Assembly: GCA_900617105.1 (NCBI GenBank)
Contig: UYFQ01000726.1
Coordinates: forward strand, 1-42,237
From: Hydrurus foetidus
Taxonomy: Eukaryota
DNA length: 42,237 bases
Reading direction: 5' to 3'
Shown: in pieces, positions 19,436 through 29,044 of the stretch
Numbering within the stretch: the first letter of the stretch is position 1
Layout: each line of letters begins with the position of its first letter
Translations under genes and position numbers: made by a program
The notes under the pieces: generated by a model
Told to the model about the DNA's origin: nothing
Database searches by the model: none
The model's input: only the letters and a program-made list of their open reading frames with translations

Positions 19436-20665
19436 CTACCTGGCCGGTAGGCAGCGTCCGACGTGACAAACCATAGGTTTCACTGTACCTGGCACCCCTG
19501 AATTCATGTTGCACGCCAGTGGCCCTAATGCGACTGTAGAGTAGTCGTACACCGTGTCGTACACGTTTGATCCGTCCGCGTAGTTCCCCCTGTCTTTACG
19601 ATCATCCGATGATGCTCCTAACCCCCTCATTTGCGACATGCCTCCTTTTCGTAGAGAGTGTGCCGAGAACCGCTCAGGTGGAAATCCCGCGTTTACAGCC
19701 ATGTCCTTGACTGCCCCTCTTATCATCTCTGCGGACAGTCTCTTCTTAAAGACCTTTCCTCCGACGGTCTTAGCCTTATACCTCGTGAATATAAGGTCTT
19801 CGGCCGCCAGCTTATTGTTCACTAACCACGCCACAAGGTGATCCAGCCATTCGCTTTCCTCGCTGCTCCTTCTTCCGATCGCTTTCTTCTTGCAGAGCGC
19901 TCCTCCCTTGTGCGACGATGCCTCGACCTCGCAGGTGATAACCTTGCGACCAGGGTCTTCGCTGACAGCTCGCCCAAGTCCTGCCCCCGATACCACCCGC
20001 TGCTGCCCCCCTCCCTCGGGTTCCGTTACGAAGGACAACTGCCACACCTGCACGCAATGATTCTCCGACGAGGACTCTGCTGTGGTAAATTCGCTAACTC
20101 TGGCTACTTGGTCAAATCCCCACATGAGACCGAGATAAGTCATCCTATCGTCGATATCTCCCCACTCCCAGGTCTTATTTACCCACAGTCTCGCCCTGGC
20201 TTCCATCAGCATGTCCTCGCTGACTGGAAGCATCGCCTTGCTTTTCGCGTCCTTCTTGGATTCTCTAATCTCGTCACATGACGGTCTACACGCCGCCCTT
20301 GCACTCGTTATCATTTGACACTCGAACCATTTTACTGGTCTCAGCGCTGCAATGAAGTGATGCCTGATACCTGCACTCACACATGTAGCTTGTCTTCCTC
20401 TCATTTTATCCACCTCATATCTTTCTTTGAAGAACAGATCCAATATAACCGCCCTCTCTGAATCGCTGCGCACCTTGTCAAGGTAAACGTCCCCTTCTAC
20501 ATAGCTCACCGTAGGCTTCCCAATAAAAGACACCCAGCTCCTCCAGTCAGCAGCGTAGCCGTTCCTCGTACCTCTGGTGACTGACTTCGCGAGGAACTGC
20601 CCCAGGTCTAGTTCGGGCCTGCCACTTACGATGTGACTGCCATTGTCTGTGCGCGACGCTACCAT
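19436..20665 (-). CDS. Tyrosine recombinase of the YR retrotransposon
   Basis: TRNGYAADW N-terminal motif, ARVSEF (R), HSLRKGG (HxxR), RGNY and VYDTVY (catalytic Tyr region). First ATG at 20665; the frame is open from ~20752. Confidence 0.92.
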   Translation of the reverse strand: MVASRTDNGSHIVSGRPELDLGQFLAKSVTRGTRNGYAADWRSWVSFIGKPTVSYVEGDVYLDKVRSDSERAVILDLFFKERYEVDKMRGRQATCVSAGIRHHFIAALRPVKWFECQMITSARAACRPSCDEIRESKKDAKSKAMLPVSEDMLMEARARLWVNKTWEWGDIDDRMTYLGLMWGFDQVARVSEFTTAESSSENHCVQVWQLSFVTEPEGGGQQRVVSGAGLGRAVSEDPGRKVITCEVEASSHKGGALCKKKAIGRRSSEESEWLDHLVAWLVNNKLAAEDLIFTRYKAKTVGGKVFKKRLSAEMIRGAVKDMAVNAGFPPERFSAHSLRKGGMSQMRGLGASSDDRKDRGNYADGSNVYDTVYDYSTVALGPLACNMNSGVPGTVKPMVCHVGRCLPAR

Positions 20666-20715
20666 CCGATCCACTGCGGTCTCTTCTCTGCCGCGTGGTC
20701 CTGTCAGCGCCAGCC

Positions 20716-23373
20716 CTACGAGGTGGAGGGGAATGCGAGAGTATTGGATGAGTTAGTTACGGCCCTCTCAACCTCGTTCAACGCACTTCTCAGTTCTCCC
20801 CAATATCCCAGGAAAATCTCCTCCCCCCCTAGACACCTCTTCGGATCGCAGCATGCAAGCAATGTCTGTACTTGTGCACTCTCTTGCAGGTTAACTACGA
20901 TTGTCTGACTCATCGCTACAAGGGCCTTATGCACCCTATCGACTGCAAAATCCTCTAAGCGCGACAGTCTGTCGCAGCGCCAGTTATCCTCTCCTGATAT
21001 GTGAACACCTTTCTTCACATCGAGGTTGAAGCGAATGCTGAGCAGGGTGAAGACCATCGATGCGTTTGTGACAAGTTGCCCTCTGGCCCTCTCAGTCTCG
21101 GCCCACGTAAGTGCCGGTATACTGTCTCCCCTAATTTCGATGTCTGCGTCCCTCACTCCTAGGAGTACGAGGCCAACCACTCCCAGAATGCAGCCGATAT
21201 ACTCAGCTGTGTTCTGGAACGAGGAGTCCGATCCGAACCCGAAGCCTCTGAGGTCAACAGCACCGCCCCCCAGCGCCACCTCGGTGCCATCCGCTTGCCT
21301 CTTGTACCACAAGACGCCCGCCCCTGTAAGGGAAGCGTCAAATTCCACGACGTACTGCAAGGTCTCCGGCGCGAAGGACTCCATCCTGCGTGTGTACTGC
21401 TGCTCGTTGAACGAGACGAGGTAAAGCATGGCTCGCCATCCTCGAATTGCTCTCTGTGCTTCCTCAGGCAGGAGGAACAGGGCATGTCGACTCTTGCGCC
21501 CTGATGTAGCTCGATGGAGAGCCCCACAGAATGGGCGCATCGCTCTGCAGATCTTAGAGTATCTGCTTCCCCACGAGGCCAGCTTCTCTGCTGTCTTTAG
21601 AGTAATCTTCTCATCCAGCTTTGTGGTGAAGAAACCATAAACTGCATTCAGAAAATTCTTCCGCGAGATTGACACTAGCCGCAGCTTGATGTCGAGGACG
21701 TATCCCAGTACATCCAGCCTGGTCCCTGTCTCCGTCTTATCCTCCGCAATCGCGTTTGGCCCTAGAAGACGGGTACATACATCCTTGGCGCGCTGTACTT
21801 CGCTGTCGAGATCCCGGACGAGACAGACGCCGACGATATCGTCGACGTACATTTTGCACCTGCCTTTTAGGCTGTGAAGTAACTCCCATTGAATTCCACG
21901 TGACACGACTTGGAATGCCGCAGGAGTGCACGTCCATCCAAAGATGCCGCACAGATGTACGAATACCCGTTCTCCGTGGATTTCCATTCCGAAGTATTTT
22001 GCGGCATCCGGATGCAGGGACATCAATTGGTATGCTCCCCTAAGATCTGTCTTCCATAACCTCAAGTCTTCCCATCGCACTGACGGATCGATACGAATCG
22101 CCTCACGATAGAACTCTAATATCATGCTAACCATCTCATCGATGGTGGGTAGTTCGATCTTACCCCACCAACTCTCCGCGATTTGTTTTGACTCTTCACA
22201 GTTTAGCGGTGTGCCATCGCAAAAGGACATGTCTCCTATGCATCGTCCCGATGCTTTTCCTTTTTTAGGCGTCCACGATGCCTTGCCTAGGTGCAGCCCT
22301 TCGATGAAAGCTATAGCTTCTGTCTTCGGAAGACAAAAGGCCAATCCCTGGGCGTGTAGGTCGGCTAACATTCTGTCCACAGCTTGGTGCACCTCTACGT
22401 ACGCTGGTCGCAATGGTGTAAGTTCTCCTTTTCCATTCGGAATAAACCCTGCTGGAAGCGGCACTCGCATTCCACTTGCGATGTCAAAAAGACGCGCTCG
22501 CTCAGGATTGTCTGCTCGTAATTGCTCAACTCGATAGGCAGACATCCTTGTGGCCTCGATTTTCTTAAGCCGCATCCTTACCATCGCGCTAAAGTCGAGC
22601 TGCGCCGCCCTGAATAATCTCATATCGCTGTCAACGAGGTCCTGGGGAAATTCAAAGCCCTCTGCCCAGTTGACAGCCTCCTTGATGCCGTAGTTACCAT
22701 CGGCACTTGCGATGGCCTCCTTCGCGAGCTCCTCTAGTGTGTCTCTTGGCAGTGCCTCGTCAGGCGCGAACATGCTTATAGCCGTGTCTAAGATGCTCTT
22801 GAGGAGTTCGGAATCTATTCTCTCGCTCTTTGCTGCCCCTGAGCTCCATTCTCGGTTCGCAGCCGGACCTTCGTGAGCCTTATCGAAGGGCTCTCTCTCT
22901 CCTTTCCCATACGCTCGCTGGCCTTGAGAATCTCTCGCTTCCCCTCCTTCGCTTGGTGCTGATAAGTCGTGCGACTTTCTGACCTCCCCTCCTTCGCTTG
23001 GTGCTGATAAGTCGTGCGACTTTCTGACCTCCCCTCCTTCACGTGGTGCTGGTAAGTCGTGCGACTTTCTGACCTCCCCTCCTTCACGTGGTGCTGATAA
23101 GTCGTGCGACTTTCTGACCTCCCCTCCTTCACATGGTGCTGATAAGTCGTGCGACTTTCTGACCTCCCCTCCTTCACGTGGTGCTGGTAAGTCGTGCGAC
23201 TTTCTGACCTCCCCTCCTTCACGTGGTGCTGGTAAGTCGTGCGACTTTCTGACCTCCCCTCCTTCACGTGGTGCTGGTAAGTCGTGCGACTTATTAACCT
23301 CCATCTTGCCTTTTTTCCGTAGTGCAGGCTTTGCTTCTGGTGGTAGAGCCCTCGGGCGGCTACCACTTATCAC
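20716..23373 (-). CDS. RT/RNase H (Pol) of the YR retrotransposon
   Basis: WKTDLRGAYQ, FGWTCTPAAFQ, YVDD, LGY; RNase H FDASLTG / NTAE / RGDS / HISGEDNWRCDRLSR. Begins directly after the gag TAG; first ATG at 23304. Confidence 0.93.
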   Translation of the reverse strand: MISGSRPRALPPEAKPALRKKGKMEVNKSHDLPAPREGGEVRKSHDLPAPREGGEVRKSHDLPAPREGGEVRKSHDLSAPCEGGEVRKSHDLSAPREGGEVRKSHDLPAPREGGEVRKSHDLSAPSEGGEVRKSHDLSAPSEGGEARDSQGQRAYGKGEREPFDKAHEGPAANREWSSGAAKSERIDSELLKSILDTAISMFAPDEALPRDTLEELAKEAIASADGNYGIKEAVNWAEGFEFPQDLVDSDMRLFRAAQLDFSAMVRMRLKKIEATRMSAYRVEQLRADNPERARLFDIASGMRVPLPAGFIPNGKGELTPLRPAYVEVHQAVDRMLADLHAQGLAFCLPKTEAIAFIEGLHLGKASWTPKKGKASGRCIGDMSFCDGTPLNCEESKQIAESWWGKIELPTIDEMVSMILEFYREAIRIDPSVRWEDLRLWKTDLRGAYQLMSLHPDAAKYFGMEIHGERVFVHLCGIFGWTCTPAAFQVVSRGIQWELLHSLKGRCKMYVDDIVGVCLVRDLDSEVQRAKDVCTRLLGPNAIAEDKTETGTRLDVLGYVLDIKLRLVSISRKNFLNAVYGFFTTKLDEKITLKTAEKLASWGSRYSKICRAMRPFCGALHRATSGRKSRHALFLLPEEAQRAIRGWRAMLYLVSFNEQQYTRRMESFAPETLQYVVEFDASLTGAGVLWYKRQADGTEVALGGGAVDLRGFGFGSDSSFQNTAEYIGCILGVVGLVLLGVRDADIEIRGDSIPALTWAETERARGQLVTNASMVFTLLSIRFNLDVKKGVHISGEDNWRCDRLSRLEDFAVDRVHKALVAMSQTIVVNLQESAQVQTLLACCDPKRCLGGEEIFLGYWGELRSALNEVERAVTNSSNTLAFPSTS
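22933..23292 (-). repeat. 8 x 45-bp coding tandem repeat (KSHDL[P/S]AP[R/C/S]EGGEVR)
   Basis: Head-to-tail units with 0-3 substitutions and no spacers. Confidence 0.95.
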
Positions 23374-25062
23374 CTACGTCTTGAACCCCTTGGTGCTGCC
23401 CCAAAGTGGTGACAGACAGCTTTGCATCCATGTAGGCATGGTGTCTATGAGGCCAATAGCAGCCTCTTTGGTTATGTCGCTGAGCTTTCCGTGCTTAAAT
23501 TTGCAGTTTGCCCCTTTTAAGCACTTCAACGGTGTCCCATTCTTTTTCACCGCTCGAAGAAGCTGCCCTAGGTGTGAACCACACTGAATCACTTCCACGT
23601 TGTTTCCCTCGGGTTCATGACTAGCTACCCTAGCCTTCCCCTTTGCTACAGCCGCTGGAGTGGCCGCACGCTCCCTCTTCAACCTCACTTGAACGGAGTA
23701 GCGCTTTTCGAGTATGGTCGCCTTGGCCACATCGGTCAGCTCTTGCACCGTTTCCTCCAGCATTGCCTTCAGAAGAGCTGCGCATCCCGCCGGGCATGTC
23801 ACATCACTCTCCGGGAATGCCAGGGCCCTGTCCTCTTTGCTGACGATCCTGAAAAATATCGTGACAGTCCTCTCTATACTGTGGACTAGGAACCCGGAAT
23901 CCGTAAGTCTGAGCGGGCGCACGTGGCCCCTCAGTGCTTCGATGAGGTCATCGCACGCGCCCGAAAATTGCGGTGAAAACAGTACTTCTAGTGCCACTCC
24001 TAGCGTTTCAATTGCGCTCACCAGAGGTCCGTTTTGTAGAACACAAGGGTGGGCGGCGGTTGATAGCCGCGACCCTGCGCAGAACGAATCAAGTGACAGC
24101 TCTCCTTCACCAAACTCCCCCTTTAGGAACTGCTCGAGGGCCTTCGTGCTGTTCGCTATCACTGTCCCATTCAGTAGTGACACTTTACTCGCCCTCAGGA
24201 AAACCGACCCTGCGGGCTGCTCAAGAGCCTCTGCTTCATCCTGTATGATCTTCCAATATGCCTCTGCTTGAAGTTTGTAGCCGGATCCGGCCATATGCTT
24301 CCATAGACCCTTTTCTGCCGCCCTCCACATGAATTCCAGCTGATCACACCTCACTTGCAGATTACTCTTATCTCTAATCTGCAGCTTCACTCCATCTCTC
24401 GTAACTAAATAATACCCTCCCCCTTTCTCACCTTCGGTGCGCTCGCCCCCTATCTCCTGCGTGCCGTGCGCTGATCTTTTTCCTCTCGGCTCTGCCTGGA
24501 GAGCCCTGTCACTGACCAGTTCCTCCAGTTTCATTTTCGCTGCAACCGACGCGAAGTCACCCTTCGCCAGCAAGAAGTGAGTCGGTGACTCGATTTTTAA
24601 ACGCCGCTGCACATATTCCGACCCCTCGTCTCCATCGCCCAAAATTCCCAGACACCTTACGTACCCCAGAGCGCTGGGCGAACCCAGAAACTCGAAGAAT
24701 ACAAGGTTCGAGGAAGCCAGAAAATCCATATCAAATGCTTCGTTCTCGTCGGGCTCCTCCACCGCGACGATGCCGATATCATTCGACTGCACTCTTGACC
24801 TTATCACCCGCGCAATGTTGAAGTCCGCTGTCCTCCGACCTGCCTCTGACCCGTGTGACGTTAGCGCTGTGCTTGCTGAATCGATCCACGACTGAAATTC
24901 GACCGGTGCTGCTTCGTATTCTATCAGCTGACTGTACTTGTCTGAGATGGTAATTGACCTATTACGCTTCCTGACAGGTGCTGCCCCGCTCTTTAGCGCG
25001 CTCGACGTGGAGGACGAGCTGCTGGTACCATCGGTAATCTCATCTTCGACCGCAGTGCTCAT
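23374..25062 (-). CDS. Gag-like ORF1 of the YR retrotransposon with a C-terminal CCCH-like finger
   Basis: First ORF after repeat A1 (ATG 25062, MSTAVED); C-x19-C-x5-C-x3-H near the C-terminus. Confidence 0.8.
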   Translation of the reverse strand: MSTAVEDEITDGTSSSSSTSSALKSGAAPVRKRNRSITISDKYSQLIEYEAAPVEFQSWIDSASTALTSHGSEAGRRTADFNIARVIRSRVQSNDIGIVAVEEPDENEAFDMDFLASSNLVFFEFLGSPSALGYVRCLGILGDGDEGSEYVQRRLKIESPTHFLLAKGDFASVAAKMKLEELVSDRALQAEPRGKRSAHGTQEIGGERTEGEKGGGYYLVTRDGVKLQIRDKSNLQVRCDQLEFMWRAAEKGLWKHMAGSGYKLQAEAYWKIIQDEAEALEQPAGSVFLRASKVSLLNGTVIANSTKALEQFLKGEFGEGELSLDSFCAGSRLSTAAHPCVLQNGPLVSAIETLGVALEVLFSPQFSGACDDLIEALRGHVRPLRLTDSGFLVHSIERTVTIFFRIVSKEDRALAFPESDVTCPAGCAALLKAMLEETVQELTDVAKATILEKRYSVQVRLKRERAATPAAVAKGKARVASHEPEGNNVEVIQCGSHLGQLLRAVKKNGTPLKCLKGANCKFKHGKLSDITKEAAIGLIDTMPTWMQSCLSPLWGSTKGFKT

Positions 25063-25150
25063 TGCGAAGAATCCACAGAAAACGGTATCGATAATCAAGA
25101 TCAGGCGAACAAGGTCAGCCTTTCAAATGTCGTAACTTCGAACTCACGAT

Positions 25151-25396
25151 CAAAAGAATCTCAGCACGATGTTGCAGACCACGACGCTGTCTAGTCGTGC
25201 TGATGTGTTGCTGTTTAATTGTGACAGGTGTCTACTACTTGTAGTGCGACAAATGGAATTCAGACAATAATCGACTTGAAATCTCGTCGCATACATTCCG
25301 GCTTGCACCCCGCAATCCTGAACTGGAAGGTGTGCATCAGTCATTCACTCTGCGGAGAACCTGCGCAGGCGTCCGCGAGCTACCGCCCACTCTCAA
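25151..25396 (-). repeat. Split direct repeat A1 (element 5' terminus)
   Basis: Copy of 11081-11326. Confidence 0.95.
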
Positions 25397-25843
25397 TTTT
25401 GTATTTTGTAATCCTCCTGTGCGTAAGAATTGACCTTAGGGTGCCATTCCCATTCAGTGATCGGCCGCTGTTAGTCATCAAGATTCCGGCTATTTATACC
25501 GGAAGCAACCGATAGGTCCCGAATTTGGGTTTTTACCTACACAAACTTTTTGTTTTTGAATTGGGACTTTTGGGGAGATTGTCGTTTTTAGGCTGCTCCC
25601 ACTGTATTTGATTTTTGAATGCCGTTGAGGCATTTCACGTGCCAGTGCTGATGATCTTTGAGGAGAATTCAAAAGCTCGTAGTTTGGAAGGTACACGCTG
25701 ATGGTACATCCGACTCATCGATGAAGATTGCCATTTTCCCGCGCCTCGCTGCTGGCCCCCGACTACTACTGTAGCCAAATTTTCCTCGCAACTGCAATCC
25801 TACGACAGTAGCGCCGGTACCTTCCCTTCTAACGCCCTCATCC

Positions 25844-28800
25844 ATGTCGCCAAGACAGTTTTTCATCTTGGTCATATCCGCCGTCAGTCTCCATCAAGGG
25901 AGTAGCTATATTCGCGACCCTAATCTTACGGACGATGTCAGTAAAGGGAAAGGTGGCTCTCTCCACTCTCACATCTTTAAAGAAAGCATACCTGCACGTT
26001 CGTCACGAACTGATCTCGTTAATCGAAGCCCTCTCCGTGACGATCACAGTCACGAACTTGTATTCGTCATACGACAAAATAATATGAACTTGCTGGCACG
26101 AATATTGAATGACATATCGGATCCGTCAAACCCAAGCTACGGTCAGCATCTGAGTGCCGAGCAAATCTCAGCCATCACGACAAACCCAGATGCACGGAAC
26201 GCAATCGTAGCATTTCTTCATACGAGTGGTGCCACAATTTCTTCTGAGAGTCGAAGCGGTGACTCAATAAATGCAATTGCGCCGATATCAATTTGGGAGA
26301 ATGTTCTCGATACCAAGTTCTACAATTTCCATCAGAGACAGCGTAACGGTAACATCGCACAGTTTGTCAGAGCAGAGAGTTACTCCATTCCAAGAGAGCT
26401 AGACATGCACTTGGCCGCAGTGCTCAGGACAGTTGACATTCCTGTGGTACGACCAGGAGCTTCAATTGTTCCTCAAGATGAAGCCAAACACATGGGCAAG
26501 GTCAACGGCCATCTTCTGGCTTTGTATGACGGCATCACAACCGCCCAAAACCTCAGGTCGTACTACAGTATTGGCGACGCAACCGGAAGCAGTGCATCCA
26601 CGCAGGCCGCTGTGGCATTTAGTGATAATTATTTCAGCCCACGATCACTCGCATACTTTCAGCGCAACATGTCCTTCCAACCTTTGCAACCAGCTCTTAA
26701 CTTCGGTGGTTTTATCTCAGAAGATCCTTCAAAATTTTATCTTGAGTCCAATCTTGACATAGAGTTCATAATGGCCATATCTCCAGTGTCTCCGACCACC
26801 ATATGGCATGTCGCTGTCGGCTTTGAAACTATGATGTCAGAGCTTGTGAGCTCGAATAATCCTCCATATGTGATAAGTATCAGCTATGGTACTGACGAGT
26901 CTACCTACCCTGCCAACGCTCATGACTTCGTCACAACTTTGGCAATCAAGTTGAGTGCTATGGGGAGAACTTTAGTAGTCGCATCCGGTGACGAGGGGGC
27001 CAGTAGCTGGAAGAAATGTGGATACAATCCAAGTTTTCCTGCATCAAATCCTTACTTCACTGCGGTAGGAGGCACTTCGGTAAGTGCCGTCACGCACTGT
27101 GCACTAGTGGTGCGCATTCTTCTTACTCTCTGTTGTGTAATTGCTTCGTGATACAGGGACAAGAGTACGGATTACCAGAGGTGGTGTGTCAGGCACCCAA
27201 AGACAGAATTTCATCCGGAGGTGGCTTCTCGACATTCTACACTCGACCCTCCTGGCAGGACGCATCCGTTCTTAATTACTTCAAAGAAATGGCGTCATCA
27301 GGGAAAAAACCTATCCCTGGCTACACCGTCGGTGGTCGAGGATATCCGGATATATCTCTGGCTGCGAGGCTCTACGAAATACGCGTACCGGACGCTAAAA
27401 ACTTTCTTGGTCAAACTGCGTCTGTCTCTGGCACATCAGCTGCATGTCCCGCTGTGGCTGGAATGATTTCCAATATCAACGCCGCTCGCTTTGCGATCGG
27501 TAAAGGACCAGTGGGGTGGATCAATCCTGCTTTGTACGCCAACAGCACCTTATTCTCGAACGATGTAACGGAAGGGCACAACAAATGTGCCATTGGCACA
27601 TGTTGCGAGCACGGCTACTACGCCACAAAAGGGTGGGATCCTACGACAGGTCACGGATCCGTGCATTACGACCGAATGGCCGACTTCTTCGTCAAACTTG
27701 GCGGTTTGGTTGTCCCTGAGGCTCCATCATCATCGCCTACACTAAAGCCCGTTACTAACACTGCATCGCCGACAAAGATGCCCGTCACTAGCACTCCATC
27801 ATCATCGCCGACGCCAAAGCCCGTTACTATGACTGCATCGCCGACAAAGATGCCCGTCACTAGCACTCCATCAATTCCACCAGTTCGAGATCCAGTTGTT
27901 CCGATACCGCAAACTACCTCTCGACCTGTTTCAAAAAGACCTAAGCGACAACCAACCATCCTACCCGCATCAAGGATGCCGAAGCGTCAGCCTACCTTTC
28001 CACCTGTTAGCAATCCTTCTATCATAGTAGCGGACGATCCTAGTGGCGCTCCAACCACAGTACAGACTTCACAACCATCTTCTTCACCTTCTATCGAACC
28101 CACTAAGCCACCCACTAGACGGCCCAGGAGGAGGATCGAGCCCACCTTCAAACCCACCCCTGATCCAGAGATTCTAGTACAAAGCAGAATGCAGTTAACC
28201 GAGGTGAGAAAATAGCACAAATCGCAAACCTGCAATTGCCAGTACTTCTTCTCATAAATTGGCGTTTCATAGCTCCTATTGGTCTGTCTCTTACGTTGAT
28301 AGAGTCATTCCGTTTAATCAGCACGCCATCCTCACATGATCTGTTTCTTCTGCAGACCGTTGTCTCTCACTCGAATACATCACATAAAGCGTACATGCTG
28401 GTTGCGAGCAAAATTATTTCCGACATACTGGGTGTGTCGGTCACAGCGAATGAGCTGTCAGCGAAGCCCGTAGAGAGGATGGCTTCTTCTTCATTGCTCA
28501 GTCTGACCTTCGAAGTCAACGCTACTAGTGAGTTCACCACGACACAGACAGTCTCGAAACTACAGAGCAGCATTGACGGAGGATCCTTCGCCAACGCATC
28601 ACTCACCACCTACGGCATCAATGTCGTCAGTGCAATGGTGAACGAACTGGCCGATACGGACATTTTAAAATCTCCCCAACCCCCTGCCTCCACTCCATCA
28701 GCTTCCACATCATCTTCAGGTAGTTTTGTAAATCTCCCGCCCCACCTCTTTTGACAAATACATCTAAATCTCACTGATCATTAATCGCATTACAATTCTG

Positions 28801-29044
28801 TTCGACTTCAGATATTGAATTTCCGTCTATGCATACGAGCGCGCTAGCTGGAGTATTGGCTGCGGGAGTTGTCGTGTTTCTCGCACTCTCCGCAACACTC
28901 TATTACTATTTAATCTATAAGAAATTGAAGCATCCTCGTGCTCAACTTGACGACATCGACGCTCAAGATTTACCAGGAGTGCCAGGACACTCCCCAGACG
29001 TCTTGCCATTTTTCGATCCGTTAGTAGAACGAACATCACTGTAG
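25844..29044 (+). CDS. Sedolisin / tripeptidyl-peptidase 1-like S53 peptidase with Pro/Thr stalk and C-terminal TM; exons 25844-27079, 27157-28203, 28356-28719, 28812-29044
   Basis: Signal peptide, prodomain (ISDPSNPSYGQHLS), ESNLD, ISISYG, ASGDEG, SGGGFS, GRGYPDIS, SGTSAACP, GWDPTTGHGS; three in-frame GT-AG introns. Confidence 0.9.

Larger units (their letters stand above)
10779..25396 (-). mobile_element. Tyrosine-recombinase (DIRS order) retrotransposon with split direct repeats, Ngaro-like: A1-gag-pol-YR-B1-A2-spacer-B2
   Basis: gag, RT/RNase H and YR ORFs; no recognisable protease, integrase or methyltransferase; near-identical A and B repeat pairs; no TSD. Confidence 0.92.
7590..25435. 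mobile_element. PIF/Harbinger transposon 2 (internally deleted), interrupted by the YR retrotransposon at 10779-25396
   Basis: Paralogous ORF1 plus convergent transposase. 7613-7666 aligns ungapped (38/54) to the reverse complement of the right subterminal region once the YR element is removed. Candidate right TIR GTAAGAATTGACC (25423-25435) is followed by TTA. Confidence 0.7.

Noticed and set aside
19436..20674. Phage integrase, prophage or Crypton
   Set aside because: The YR is embedded with gag and RT/RNase H inside split direct repeats, which is diagnostic of a DIRS-order retroelement.
22933..23292. 45-bp repeat array as a CRISPR array
   Set aside because: Units are head-to-tail with no unique spacers, lie in frame within pol, and there are no cas genes; the context is eukaryotic.
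6996..23376. Alternative genetic code explaining the three in-frame stops (TAG 6996, TGA 15736, TAG 23374)
   Set aside because: Host gene models have no internal stops and end in TAG, TGA and TAA; the 6996 TAG aligns with a Tyr in the paralog, i.e. a simple nonsense mutation.
25436..25460. TTA-GGGTGCCATTCCC as the start of a further MITE
   Set aside because: No matching inverted terminus found downstream in the window.
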